A DNA stretch of 64,000 bases from Marsupella aquatica (lineage: Eukaryota; Plantae; Marchantiophyta). The stretch lies in assembly GCA_973895155.1 (NCBI GenBank), contig OZ316895.1:6034687-6098686 (forward strand). The letters are read 5' to 3'. Position numbers and translations under genes: made by a program. Below the pieces are notes generated by a model. The model ran no database searches and was not told where the DNA came from. It worked only from the letters and a program-made list of their open reading frames with translations. This document shows, one piece after another, positions 40,031-53,430 of this stretch (its first letter is position 1; the number at the start of each line of letters is the position of its first letter).

Positions 40031-41863
40031 TTAGCCCGCCAGAGGATTTGCATGCATAGTCACCCGATTCAAGCGGATTTCGGCAAGAGGCTTGTCCCCA
40101 GCACCAACTGGAGTCTGCAACAAAGAATATATCACATATGTCATTTGTCAGATTCCTGTAGAGCTTCACATCAATTTTTAGGCAAGCAACAAATGAAAAC
40201 TTCTCTCAAGGTTAGGCCCAATTCACCTATTGAAGATTATCATAACCATCACACTCTCTCTAAACGGTTGTGATTCAAAACGCCCATCCAATCACCTTCA
40301 CTTGAGAACATAACTACTGACCTTCTCCATGACATCGAGAACTTCAAATCCATGGATGACTCGTCCAAATACAGTGTACAGGCCGTTTAAATGTGGTTGC
40401 TTAGCATACGTGATAAAGAACTGGCTACCATTGGTGTTTGGTCCGCTGTTGGCCATGGACAAGATTCCTCTGGCATTATGCTGCAATAAAATCACCAGCA
40501 ATTCAGAACCCAGGATTCAGAAACATCCAGACGTCAATTGCCGAGACTTGTACAATATTTGGAGGAGGCAAATTCTTAGAATTATGATCTGCTGTCCTGA
40601 ACTTAAGAGAATCCTCTAAGTTTGCAAGACTAGCTAAGATCCTTCAGATTAGAACACAGAGATATGGATACGAGAATATCAATTTGTAAACTCTGCAGGC
40701 TACATCTAGGTGTCTGGATTTTGTTTTCCACCTATTTGAAACATTCATTGACACAGAGTCAGTCGAGTTTAACAGGTAACACTCGGAGGTCGAGGCAATA
40801 ATAATCTAATACGTTGGTACTTCCAAAAGTGGTCAACAACTGTCTTCGACTTCCTTTGGTCATTGATACAAAGAACCACCAAAAACACAGTAGTTCACGC
40901 TGTTTCTATCCTATCCTACGAAAGAGACTGTCAGATGACGGTATCGTTACTTACTTTCAATGATTCACGGACTTCGTCACTGAATTTGCGGCCCCATATG
41001 CTCGTGCCTCCGCGCCCGGTTCCAGTAGGATCTCCACCCTGGATCATAAAACTCTTGATGTTGCGGTGAAAGATCGTCCCATCATAGTATGCGCTTGCAC
41101 AGAGAGCCAAGAAGTTCTGCACAATCCCAGATCTTCAGTCAAAATCACACATGGCAAAAACTAAATTTGAAAAGTCAAGACCTAGCGAGCCGCATTACGC
41201 CATAGCACCTGAAGTTAAAAAACTACCACACCAAGAAAGGGTGTAGAGATTTGTAGAACGAGCTTCAACGTCCACCAACAGAGACAGCGTGAACGAACTA
41301 CTATTCAATTCCAGAGGCCCCACCGGGGCCTGAGAACAGAGACCCCCGTTTTATGAGCCCATTACAAACTAAACCCTAAACCCGAAAATGCAAGAGATTC
41401 CCATCTCTCTTACGAGTAGTGTCGATGAACATTACAAGGAGTATTAAACTTCACAAGCTCCGAAACTGCGGAGAAAATAGAAGATGCCTCTTAAAAATCC
41501 CTAGAGATACGTGTCCGAAACACACAAGGAGAATCTGCATTTCATGAAATTCAAAGAGGCACCGATACTGATGTATACGAGAACTGGAGCAGTGCAAAGG
41601 CTTTTCTGGACCGAGATCTGAGGACGAAGAAAGCAGAAAAAAAACCTAAGAAAGATCACAGGAGGGAAAGGGAGAGAATTAGTAACCTCTGAAGCCTTCG
41701 GGACCTCGTCACAGAAGATCTCGCATTTTATATCACCTAAGTTCGTGTGCAGAGTGACAGACTGCCAACAAACAAAGCAGCCCGGCTCAATGACGAAGCA
41801 AAACCAAATGATCAACCTCGCAACAGCTGCTCTTGCTATCAATTTCTGTCTCACCGTATCCAT
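40031..41863 (-). CDS. CYP18-1: Peptidyl-prolyl cis-trans isomerase, cyclophilin CYP18-1/PPIL3 type; exons 41863-41855, 41761-41687, 41116-40955, 40480-40322, 40114-40031
   Basis: [25 protein letters not shown]|[37 protein letters not shown]...|[25 protein letters not shown]...|[27 protein letters not shown]. All junctions are GT-AG. The first micro-exon is the least certain. Confidence 0.93.
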
Positions 41864-44114
41864 TGACGACGAAAACTTGATGTGAATCGTCCTGATCACC
41901 ACACTACTACTATAAACCCTAAACACTATTGCTAATACACAACGGACTCACGAATCTCACACAGAGCAAACTGTATTGGCTACATGTATTCGTCGGTAAA
42001 GGTAAAGCCTCTACCGACACGTTCAGAAACTCTTCAATATCTGCAAGTTTCGCAAGAAAGAGAAAATCACAAGAAAACTCTACAGAAACCATTCAGAAAT
42101 CTCTTCAAAATGTGCGCGTTAGCGAGAAAGAGAAGTCAGAAGATACATGAGGAATACAAAAGAGCGGCATTGTCGGCAATGAGCGGAGAGCAAACCATAG
42201 CATCAGAGGCGCTCCAAGCCGGGACACCGTCGAAACTCCCGAAATCGTCGATCCAAAAGATGGCACAGGTCTTCGCTAGCTCATCTGCCAGCAACTTCTC
42301 AGATGAACTTCTCAGATGTCGTTGGCAAAGACGTTTTGGTGGGCAGCTCGATTCAGTCTCCTTCACGATAATTACAAACTACAAAAGGGTCACAATGGAA
42401 CGTAATATGAAGATAAGGTGTGGTATGGGGTTACTAGCAACAGAAACTGAAGAAAACGTGATAGTAAAACCTCATTGTAATGGGCAGGACGGTTTTCTGA
42501 TCTTCTTTTGGAGAAGGGTTGAACCCTACACCAGATCTGCTTTATACTAAGTAATCCCTGTCAGGAAGCTTTATACTAAGTAATTCCTGAAAGAAGAAAG
42601 GTTTTTTACTAGGTGCCATCATTTTCATAACCATGTGCCCCTAAAGTCTTGCCAGGTAATCTTTTTCCAGACAGATATTACTTATGATAACGACTAGGGT
42701 TCTAGTCCGAAACCTGTTTCCACAAAGCTCAGAAAAATTTCCCGGCTGCCGCCGCTCAGCATTTCCTTACTTTCTGGTCACAGGGTTACAGACTAGTAAC
42801 CCAGACCAAACCGTCATTACCCTATACTTGATTTCTGGGCATAAAATAGTTACTTCTGGGCAATAGATTATGGAATAACAGGCGCCTTTTAAAATGCAAG
42901 GTTACATGCTGGTATGCTGTGAGTATTGAGGTCGGCAGATACAAGTAGTCTTGTCAAAGCTACGAGAATTTCCGTAGGACGCAACTTTGGTCACAATGGA
43001 GAATTGCAGACTAGGTAATCTCCAGTAGAAGGTGAATGGAGTCTATTCCATCAGCCTCAAACCTTATGGATGGTCTTACCCTTAAGTCTCCAAATATGGT
43101 CTGAAATTTTTTCCCTTAAGCCAGGATGATACTAAAGTGGGTCACTAAAATAAATATTTATAAAAATTTGATATTGCTTTGACTGCCGACTGCAAAAATA
43201 TCTTTGAATGCTAATGAAAATTGAGACAGTAAAGAAATTTGGGGTCGTACAGTTGAGCTTTAGTTGAGCTACTATTGTGGGTTGCTCAAATGCCTATGTG
43301 GAGTGTGTAATTGTAGCCCAACTAAGCAAAAACTTTCAACCCAATTTTTCCTCTCTCCTTGTCCAACCTAAACCTTCTGCCCATTTCTTTCTCGTCGTTG
43401 AGGAAACCAGCAAGGACATACACAAGAAACTAGCAAGCACACATCACACCAACAACATGGATACGTGGTTCACCTATCTTTAATAATTGTCAAGGTTGCG
43501 CCCACATAAAAGAGCTTTACCAAGCTTTGGCCACCATAGCCACACCAAACCTCCAAGTATTATTTCCAAGATTGCTAGTTTAGCTCCTCCTAGGTTGCTC
43601 TCCAACAAACTAGTATCATGAGTCTCACCAAGAAGTTCTCCCTTGCTCATCCATGTATGCTAGCCATGTGTAATCTTGTCTAACCACCATTAGGGCCCTA
43701 ATGCTGATTAGACTAAGAGAGGTTACCCCAAGACTAAGATCCAGTTAACCCTAACACTTTTGTTCGGAAATCTTGACTTACTTTCATCTTTGTAGTTTCA
43801 TTTCAATCTCTTTCATCTGATTGGTTTGACTAGGTCATTAGAAAGATTTGGGAAAGTAAGTAGGTCCCCACGTTAGGTAGCAACTTTCAAAATCTCAGCC
43901 CAAACAAGCTTAAGATAGCAAAAGTATGGTTAAAAAACTCTTTTGATGTGTCTTTGGATTCTAACTACCCCAGTTTCTTAGAAACAACATCAATTAAACC
44001 CAAAAAGAAAAACTGACTAACATAAAGTATTGTTTAAAGGGCACATCATCAGCAATAATCATATTTCAACATTTGATCTCATTTGTCAATTGAAGACATC
44101 CAACCACATGCATC

Positions 44115-44750
44115 TTTTTTTGCCTCGAAAACACTCATTGAAATTCATCCAAAAAGCCAGCATACAACAAGGGTGGCCCACAAAAGGGGGTTGGCACCTA
44201 GGGGGACCAAAGGTCACAGAGTCAAAGGAACCGGAGAGGCCGGCACCTAGGAGCCAAACAAGAAATTTAACTACTGCAGAAGGGGTGACACAGCCCCAAA
44301 GACCGGCCAGTGGAGAGGTGCGGGCGGGGCACCTAAGAGTGGGTCCGTGATAAAGCAAATATGATCTAGCCTGCAGTGTAGCTCCACTCCTGAAACACAC
44401 ACTAAATCATGGAGGGCGAGGGCGCACCGGGGGTACTTGTAGTATATCCGCATGGATTTCCCACAGCCCCACCCAAGATCCGTAGTTGAAAGTCATGTAA
44501 GAGATGGCGTCACCTAAAGAGGTTTTACTGGCCCGAATCTTAAATTGTTGTTTGGCCCAGTCTCGTCTAATGTAAATCCCCAGGCGGTGCCAGGATTTCC
44601 GGATGATCTCTCTGTCACAAGATCGAGCATGCTCAATGAAGTGTGTACTCCTGTCTTTCCAAATGATCCATGAGACAATGGCCCGGAGGGTATGCCAAAG
44701 TTTCAGTGGTGCGTCCCAAGCATCGGGGATGGGGGCGTCCACCAAGATCT
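44115..44750 (-). mobile_element. 5'-truncated LINE (non-LTR retrotransposon) fragment
   Basis: ORF 44407-44781 has the LINE ORF2 C-terminal pattern W..LRAIVSWIIWKDR...F. A short A-tail reads as T7 at 44115-44121 on +. Candidate TSD TGCATCTT at 44109-44116 and 44751-44758. Confidence 0.65.
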
Positions 44751-45949
44751 TGCATCTTGTCTTGTGAGAGTTGTGCACCATTGTCCACAGTCCTCTTTGT
44801 TAGTGCATTTCATGATTGGGAGATTTGTTTCAAGAGAGGATATTAAATCTTAAGCTTATAAATCATCATAAGAGACTTGCTCAAATAGAGGATCACATTA
44901 AGTCATCATTTTACACATTTCATGGGAGATTGGTCAACTAGAGGGAATATCTGTACCCTGGCACATTTTGTCTGTACAACGGATTAGATGTCTATCATTA
45001 TTCTATCAATTTCTATCACATTAGAATATCTATGTGGTAGTTCACTTGAGTAGAGATTCATAGATCTTGGGTTCAACTATTGTGGCTGATTGTTCCCTTT
45101 CTGTGGGGTTTCACAGATTCCCCCTTTAAAGGAAAAGAAAAAGAATATCTATTTTAGCACATTTTTCTTTTAGTGCGGGTGTTGAGTTTATGTACTAGGT
45201 AGTCCATTAATACATTTTTCCCTAGGTTTCCATTGGTCCCATTTTTTTGTTGTACCCCTTTTCTTGCTCTGGAAAGGCAAAGAAAGTTACATTAGTTTTT
45301 AGGAGGTTTGCAGTAGTAGTGACAACACGGTTCACCCATTGCAGAAGCAGCTACTTGGTTGACACCATTAGGGTGTCTTAATATTTGTGCTTCTTGTTCA
45401 TAGTCTGGGCTATTGATCGCAAAAAAATGTGGCCAAAACTACAGTGGGGACATGATTTGCATGCATAATTTGTGTCAGGAAGCAAGCAAGGTTACCAATG
45501 TGTAACCTTTTCTACTAGGTGCCACCATTTCACTAATAGCCTAGAAAATGATGTAACCTTTTCTACTAAGTGTCACCATTTCCATAACGCTCTGTCCAAG
45601 TAATCTTTTTCCGGGCAGGTATTACATATGATATTAATGACGGCTTGGGCTAGGTTACTCTAGCTGTTCCCTCAAAGCTATCAATCGTCCATGTATTTTT
45701 TCTTCGAGTCTCTTTGGGGTTCTTCGAACGCAATCTTTTGATGCCTGGCATGAATAATGGATATTACATATAAGCAGACATTAAGATACACCGGAAATCA
45801 TGTTCTATGGCTAGTGCAGAAATTTGGAATCATTCTGACCAACGCTGTTGATGAGATTCGACCAATTTCCAAGAGTAAGAAGTTCACAAATCTAAACATA
45901 GCATTAAGTAAAGACAAGAAAGACAACTATACACTGACTCCGAACGGAG

Positions 45950-47450
45950 AAGTTGGAGGTTATCGGGCCAACAAGAAGCTCAGGCTCTATAGTCACTCCC
46001 GGACGATGAGGTCGCTATCCTGAAGCCCTTGCACACCACCTTGTCTGACTATATGAGACATCCTGTCCTGAACCCGGTCCTGAAGGAATGGAAAAACCTG
46101 TTAGGCACGGAGTTAGCCGTGAATTGATAAAGGTAGAACTGAAATGAAATGATCGTAGACACTGTCTAACCTCGTTGTCAGCTAAGGCGTAGAGAAGAAA
46201 TGCATGCTTCATTGTGTCGAAGTGATCCATTTTGGGAATCAAGAGGCTCAAGTAACGGCTTCAATATATCCTCCGTCGTGTACAATTCCTGCCTGGTTGT
46301 GGGTATTCTGCACCGACTAAAACGTTCGAACGTGTTCACCAGCTTTTCAGCTGATTCATAGTATTAGAAATTAAAATGTATGCAGATAACACGAGACTAC
46401 TCGAACTTTCATCTGGATTTTCACTCCGTCAGACCTGAGCAATCCGACCCAGATATGCCGCCATGTCCCAAGATGCGGATTAGGAGCTTCCAGCATCTTA
46501 ATAGAGGTCTCCGCACCACGTTGCACAATGTGAACCGACAAAGATACAATGCGTCTTCAGCCCACGATTGACATGTAGTTGGAACAGAAACAACACAGCA
46601 CTGCGTATTGAATGCCGGAGTTCTTTCAAAAGAGTCTCACCAACCGTGCATTCAGGATCAGTTGTCGCGAATTGTCCTAAGGAGAGCTTGCCTCTCTTTG
46701 GCTTTCTTGACAACGCCGGGGACAATGCGAGCTACGGACAACCACAGCCACTAAGGATTATAACGCAATTCACTTCCAGAAGCCATAAATGTTGAGTTAA
46801 ATCTTACCAGATGAATGCAAAACAGATGAAAATAACTCGCAACGGAGTTTAACTGCAGTAGTGAATCCCGAACGGGTCCACAAATGAAGGAAAAAGAATA
46901 ACACCTTAAGATACCACTGACAGGTTGCAAAGCACCCGCATTCAGTACTTCGTTCTTTATGTTCACCGCAGAATGTACTAGGTTCCCAATAACTCCAACC
47001 TGGCACATGAACAGAAACAGAGGCCCAAACAAGTAGCACAGATAAGCAAAAGCATGATCTGTTTCGTGCCTTCTGAAGAGGTTCCGTTATTCACTATGTC
47101 TGTGTGCGAACGTTTCGTGCCTTCTGAACGTGATCCGTTATTCAATGTCAATACATTCACTACGATCTGTGTGCGAGCGTTTCGTGCCTTCTGAACGTGA
47201 TCCGTTATTCGATGTCAATACACTCACTACGATCTGTGTGCGAACGATGGCGAAGAATTACTAGCACTTACTCATTTCTATTCCTTACAGAGCGACCTCG
47301 CACTGAAATTTCCGAGACTTGTGACCATCCGCTGCAGGAGTTGTTCGGCTCCGGATTTCGAATGTTCCTTGTGTCCGCAATAGGGCCCTTGGAAGCATTC
47401 CTCACCAGTTGGAGGCTTCCAACCTAGTCCTAGGAAAAGCGAATCGGATG
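45950..47450 (-). pseudogene. ARIA/ABAP1-like armadillo-repeat gene remnant, copy 1
   Basis: Exon remnants VGVIGNLVHSAVNIKNEVLNAGALQPV, LGQFATTDPEC, HIVQRGA and AFLLYALADNE. Introns are retained and the frame is broken repeatedly. Confidence 0.75.
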
Positions 47451-47557
47451 TATATATACTGGCGGACTGAAAGAAGTCTCGCCAGTGAACGTACAGCAAC
47501 TCCTTGCGCTGACAGCGCTACGACCTCAATTGATGAAAAGTTCTTAGAAATTGTGTA

Positions 47558-47867
47558 CTCTCGAAGCTAGATTCTATTCACTTCATAGAGTTAATTGGGG
47601 AGACGGAGACAATGAGTCTCCAGACCAGATTGGTTACTGTTCAGGTTCGTTAGATACGCATGCATCATGGTACCACATCGTTCGACGTAGTCACACGCTC
47701 CACAAAGGGTGGAACGCCATTGAGAGAACTACGTCGAAGGATGTCGTACCATGATGCATGTGTATCTAACGAGCCTGAAGTAAAACATCTGGTAGGTCCA
47801 GATGGATACTCATTGTCTCGGTCTCCCCAATTAATTCTATAAAGTGAATAGAATCTAGCTTCGAGAG
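47558..47867. repeat. Long inverted repeat (fold-back) with ~135-bp arms
   Basis: CTCTCGAAGCTAGATTCTATTCACTT...GACGTAGT pairs with ACTACGTC...AAGTGAATAGAATCTAGCTTCGAGAG. Confidence 0.9.
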
Positions 47868-48509
47868 GGTATTGTAATTTGTGTCGTCTTTTCTCGAAGA
47901 GCTCCTGTCATATAGATCAAGGACTTCGGGTGTGAAATTACACTAATGCATTAGATGCCAATGCTCTTCGAGAAAATGACGACACAAAATTACAATAATG
48001 CATTAATTAGATACCAAAGATCTTCGCTGCAGGCCCGTCTGCCAAACCGTCAAACGTCATATTCTCCGATCCTGAGTACTGAACATTACTACTGTTCCAA
48101 AATTGACGAAGCTTAAAATTGCAAATCGAGCATCAGAACCAGATCGAGCAACTGTACAGGAATAGACATTCAATCCAGACAAGATCAAGATTAGAATGCT
48201 GATGAAATAAAAGCCTCTCTCCAGTTCAAGTCTGGTCCGTCTCCAGCCTCTCACAAAAGCACAAACTCGGAACATATGTATGTCCTCAGACTCGGCTAGT
48301 CGGCAGCGCGTGGCCAAACGGAGTACATCCTGGCCACCAAAGCTGCGGAACAGGACGAAGAAACACTTGAAGTGTCTGGAAAATAGAAAATAGAAACAAT
48401 TATCCTACACGCTCCTGCAAGTGACGGCGTTTCACCTGCTGATACATCTCATAAAATAGAAACATTTACTGAGCCGGCTGAAATGTACTGCTGAGAGTTT
48501 CTATTTTAT

Positions 48510-49160
48510 GACGGAGAACTTGGAGGTAATCGGGCCAACAAGAAACTTAGGCTCCATGGTTCACACCTGGACGATGAGGTTGCCATCCTGAAGCCGTTGC
48601 ACACCACCGAATCTGACTATAATATAGACACGTTGCATGTCCTGAAGGAATGGAAATACCTGTTAGCCATTGATGCCATAAAAATAGAAATGAAATGATC
48701 GTAAGTCATTATCTAAACTCGTTCTCAGCTGCGGCGTAGGGAGCAAATGCTTCATTGTGTTGAAGTGATCCATTTTTTAAATCAAGAAGCTCAAGTAACG
48801 GCTCTAATCCTCCAGCGTGACTGTACAATTCCTCCCTGGTTGTGGGTATTCTGCACCGCCTAAAACGGTCGAACGTGTTCTTCAGCTCTTCAGCTGATTC
48901 ATGGGGGTCCATACCAGGAAACTTAGAAATTAAGATGCAGTATCCAGATAACTCGGCAGATAAAAGGAGACTAGTACTCGAACTTTCATCTGGAGTTCCA
49001 CTCCGTCAGACCTAAGCAAGCCGACTCAGAGTAAATGCCGCCATCTTCCGAAGCCGCGGATCAGGAGCTTCCAGCATCTTAATAGAGGTCGCACCGCACC
49101 ACATTGCACGATGTGAACCTACAAAGATACAATGCGTCTTCAGCCCACAATGGACGTGTA
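48510..49160 (-). pseudogene. ARIA/ABAP1-like armadillo-repeat gene remnant, copy 2
   Basis: GGLEPLLELLDLKNGSLQHNEAF resembles ARIA GGLxPLLxLLDSKNGSLQHNAAFALY. The DNA is a diverged duplicate of about 45945-46580. Confidence 0.75.
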
Positions 49161-49251
49161 GTGAGATCGACGAATTACATCGACAACATCATTTAGCCAA
49201 AGTTCGCTGAATCTATGGGCGTGTCGGTTTGGTTCATTGTGTTGGTGGTGC

Positions 49252-49467
49252 TGACAACGGAGAAGTGCAATCAGACAGTACCTCAAGGTGATAGCCATCA
49301 TCCTTAATCTGCTAGTATTCCCCCTGATGATACTCCAGCTGATTTTTTTCCAGGGATATCAGTGGGTAATCCCTGGAAAAGAATTAGCTCGATAACTACA
49401 GGGGGAACGGTTAATTTAGGACTCTCATCGATCTTGAGCTACTGTCTGATTGCACTTCCCGTTGTCA
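49252..49467. repeat. Imperfect ~215-nt fold-back, pre-miRNA-like
   Basis: TGACAACGGAGAAGTGCAATCAGACAGTA pairs with TACTGTCTGATTGCACTTCCCGTTGTCA. Inner stem TTTTCCAGGGAT/ATCCCTGGAAAA. Confidence 0.75.
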
Positions 49468-50689
49468 CATATCTGAGATTGAGGCTGCTTCTTAGTACAA
49501 GTGCTAAACTGAATGCACATACTCACAGGTAACTACAGCATGGGCAGAATTGAACTATGAGCAACTGAGATAGAAAACATACCTTGCTTTCCATGATGCT
49601 TTCATATTCTATTCAAGTCAGTGCTCCATCTAAGTCTTCGTATTCTTTGTTGAAATGAGACCTCCAATTATTCACTCCTGGCTTGTCTCTCTTGGATCTT
49701 CTCCAATCCGTTGCATCCTTGAAGAAAACATTTAGAGGACACTCAATAGTATTCACAAGTTAAGTACGTTTAGGGATTGCTCTTAGAATAAAAACATTTC
49801 GTCTTCTCCCAACTGCTGATTGATATCGTCCAGAGTGTGTGTGAAGTACGCGATTTGCTTATCCATAGGCACGGTCGTGATCTACAGGCCGGACAAAAGT
49901 CAATTCTTGAACCAACCTTTTCTGCTGATCGAAAACGCGGCCGGACCTCGAGGGACGGGCCGTCTAACCGATTGTTGTTGACGGGCATCTTGTTCGAAAG
50001 AGAGCTCTAAAACTAAATGCAGCAGTGCACAGGAAAATCCTCGAATCATAACCGAGACGGACTGCATGCAAGAGCCAGTTTTCCGACGAGCTTACAAAAT
50101 TCGTCCCAGTGTACGTCATCGAGAAAGCCAGCCGCTCCTGACGCTTAGTTCAGTCCATGAAAAATAATGGAACCGTTTGTTTGTGGATCAAGACAGGCAG
50201 GAAGATAGGGGACCTGGAAAATATCACCTGCATGAGACCAAACAAAGAGCATGGATCAGACATCTCAAAAGCTTGCTTAAACAGAAATTCGTGAGCAAAT
50301 TCCGACTAAAACTTACGAGTGTCGCAGCGTTGACACTTACATACGATGTCCAACACGGTTCGCCCATTGCAGACGCGGCCACTTGGTCCGAGTGGGAAAT
50401 CGATGCCGTTGCGGAGGATATTGCCCCTCGACAGCGCGCGACTGAACGAAGTGTTCTTTCCATGGTATGTCACTCCTGCCAGCTAGATTGTGACAAAACG
50501 TCGTGAATCGTAAAGTCGTGTGAAATGGTGAATTTAAATGGTGAACCTTAGCCATTCATATTCCATTCTCACAGAAGATTGTTAGTTATAAACATTGATG
50601 TCTGAGAACTAATCTCATGTTGAGCTTCTCAAGGTAAGAGTAGCTGAAGTCTATCAAGTAGATTTTCTAGGAAGGAAGAGTATAACGAC

Positions 50690-53430
50690 CAATCAAGGAT
50701 CATTTAAATACCAGCCTAAAGTATGCAGGTCGTGGTTTTAGTTCTTCTTGTTTCCTAAAATGCTCTATTTTCAATAAGTGTTTGAAAAGATAACCGGAGC
50801 AAATAATGAATGGAAATTCTAGAACCATAACCGAGACGGACTACATGCAAGAGGCACCTACATGCGACCAGATAAAAAGCATGGATAGGTCTGAAACGCT
50901 TGCTTAAAAAGAAATTCGCGAACAAATTCCGACAAAAGCGTGCAAGAGTGGCAGCATTCAAATTTACATATGATGGCCAACACGGTTCGCCGATTGCAGA
51001 GGTGGCCACTTCGTCCGAGAGCGAAGTCGATGCCGTTTGTAGAGGATATTCGCCTTCGCTAGGGACTGAATGAAGTTATTGCTTCCCGTGTCTATCAGAG
51101 AGTCCCCGAATGCAAATATTGCTTGCGGAAAGTTTGGTGCAGTCGTGGATCGAGACGCCTGATGTCACCTATCTTAACAGGGCATAGACGCACATGCATT
51201 TCACCAGCAGACGTCAATACATATATGACCACTGAACGCAGATGTTAGACCACAACTGAGTTCAACTAACCAAATATGTAGGCGATCGGATAAAATTGAG
51301 TGAAAAGGAGTGACAGCCCGTAATGATTAGACGCCAGAAAAGGCGATAAAGGGTTTTACGTGAAGACTTGTATAATGCACGAACCAAAGATCATGTACAC
51401 CAGACCGCTCGCTCTTCGTTGCCCTTCTGCCAAACCGTCAAACGTCATTTTCTCCTGAGTACTGAACATTACTACTGTTCCAAAGTTGACGAACCTTAAA
51501 ATTGCAAATGGAGCATCAGAACCAGATCGATCGAGCAACTGTACAGGAATCGACATTCAACCCCCGACAAGATCAAAATCAGAATGGTTTGTGTTTTCAG
51601 CGTTGGAGCGTACAGGCCGCAAACTTTCTGCCTGTCAACGGCGGCAGTTTGCTCAAACCGAAAAGTATATGTGTTTTGGGATACCACCCGACATATATTT
51701 TTTGATTTGAGAAAACCGCCGCCGTTGACTAGCACGAACTTTGCGGCTTGTACGCTCTAACGCTCTCGATATGTGACTACTACTGGTCCGACGATATCGA
51801 AACGTAGATTTCGACCGACACCGTTTTTGTACGTATAGATCATGGAGTTCGGGTATGACGTTAAGAGACAACTTACAGAAAGAAACGAAATTACATAAGG
51901 GCATTAGATCGCAATGTTCTTACAGCAAGACACGAAGTTCTCCAGCTGATACGTGTCCAAGGATGTTTTTGGGAAGACTAGCGACTTTAGGCCTACCATC
52001 TTGAGCTAGTGTCTGACTGCACTTCCCCTTTGTCATCGATCTGCGGTTTAGGCTGCATTGTAGATCATTTGACCAACCTAGGATCATTTAAATACCAGCC
52101 TAAAGTATGCAGATCGTGGTTTCAGTTCTTCATGTTTCAATAGGTGTTCGAAAAGATAACCGGAGCAATCCATGAGTGTAAATTCTAGAACCATAACCGA
52201 GATGGACTACATGCAAGAGGCACCTACATGCGACCAGATAAAAAGCATGGATCGTAGATCTGAAAAGCTTGCTTGAAAAGAAATTCGCGAACAAATTCCG
52301 ACAAAGCGTGCAAGAGTGGCAGCATTCAAATTTACATATGATGGCCAACACGGTTCGCCGATCGATTGCAGAGGCGGCCACTTCGTCCGAGAGGGAAGTC
52401 GATGCCATTTGTAGAGGATATTCGCCTTCGCTAGGGACTGAATGAAGTTGTTGCTTCCCGTGTCTATTAGAGAGTGTCCCCGAATGAACATATTGCTTGC
52501 GGAAAGTTTGGTGCAGTCGTGGAGACGCCTGATATCATCTATCTTAACAGGGCATAGACGCACATACATTTCATCAGCAGACGTCAATACATATATGACC
52601 ACTGAACGCAGATGTTAGACCACAACTGAGTTCAACTATCAAATATGTAGGCGATCCGATAAAATTGAGTGAAAAAGAGTGACAGGCTCGTAATGATTAG
52701 ACGCCAGAAAAAGCGATGAAGGTTTTACGTGAAGACTTACAATGCACGAACCAAAGATCTTGTACATTAGACCGCTCGCTCTTCGCTGACCGTCTGCCAA
52801 ACCGTCAAACGTCATTTTCTCTGAGTACTGAACATTACCACTGTTCCAAAGTTCACGAACCTTGAAATTGCAAATGGGGCATCAGAACCAGATCGATCGA
52901 GCAACTGTACAGGAATCGACATTCAATCGCAGACAAGACCAATATCAGCATGGTTTGTGTTTTCAGTGTTGGAGCGTACAGGCCGCAAATTTTGTGTTAG
53001 TAAACGGTGGCGGTTTGCTCAAATCGAAAAGTATGTGTTTTGGGATACCACCCGACATATATTTTTTGATTTGAGAAAACCGCCGCCGTTGACTGGCAAA
53101 ACATTTGCGGCCTGTACGCTCCAACGCTCTCGTATATGTGACTACTACTGGTCCGACGATATCGAAACGTAGATCTCGTACATGTGACTACTACTGGTCC
53201 GACGATATCGAAACGTAGATCTCGTACATGTGACTACTACTGGTCCGACGATATCGAAACGTAGATTTCGACCGACACCGTTTTTGTACGTATAGATCAT
53301 GGAGTTCGGGTATGACGTTAAGAGACAACTTACAGAAAGAAACGAAATTACATAAGGGCATTAGATCGCAATGTTCTTACAGAAAGACACGAAATTATAT
53401 AAGGGCATTAGATCGCAATGTTCTTCAGAT
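50690..53430. repeat. Tandem segmental duplication, ~1.38-kb unit x2, with a 46-bp triplication at about 53135-53270
   Basis: GGATCATTTAAATACCAGCC occurs at 50697 and 52081, with collinear high identity through about 51920 and 53380. Confidence 0.9.

Noticed and set aside
41984-42550. 188-aa ORF divergent from the cyclophilin
   Set aside because: It has no recognisable motif and overlaps the probable cyclophilin 5' UTR/promoter, so it is likely spurious.
50755-53172. Multiple 65-130-aa ORFs repeated in the 1.38-kb duplication
   Set aside because: The reading frames are not conserved between the two copies, which indicates non-coding sequence.
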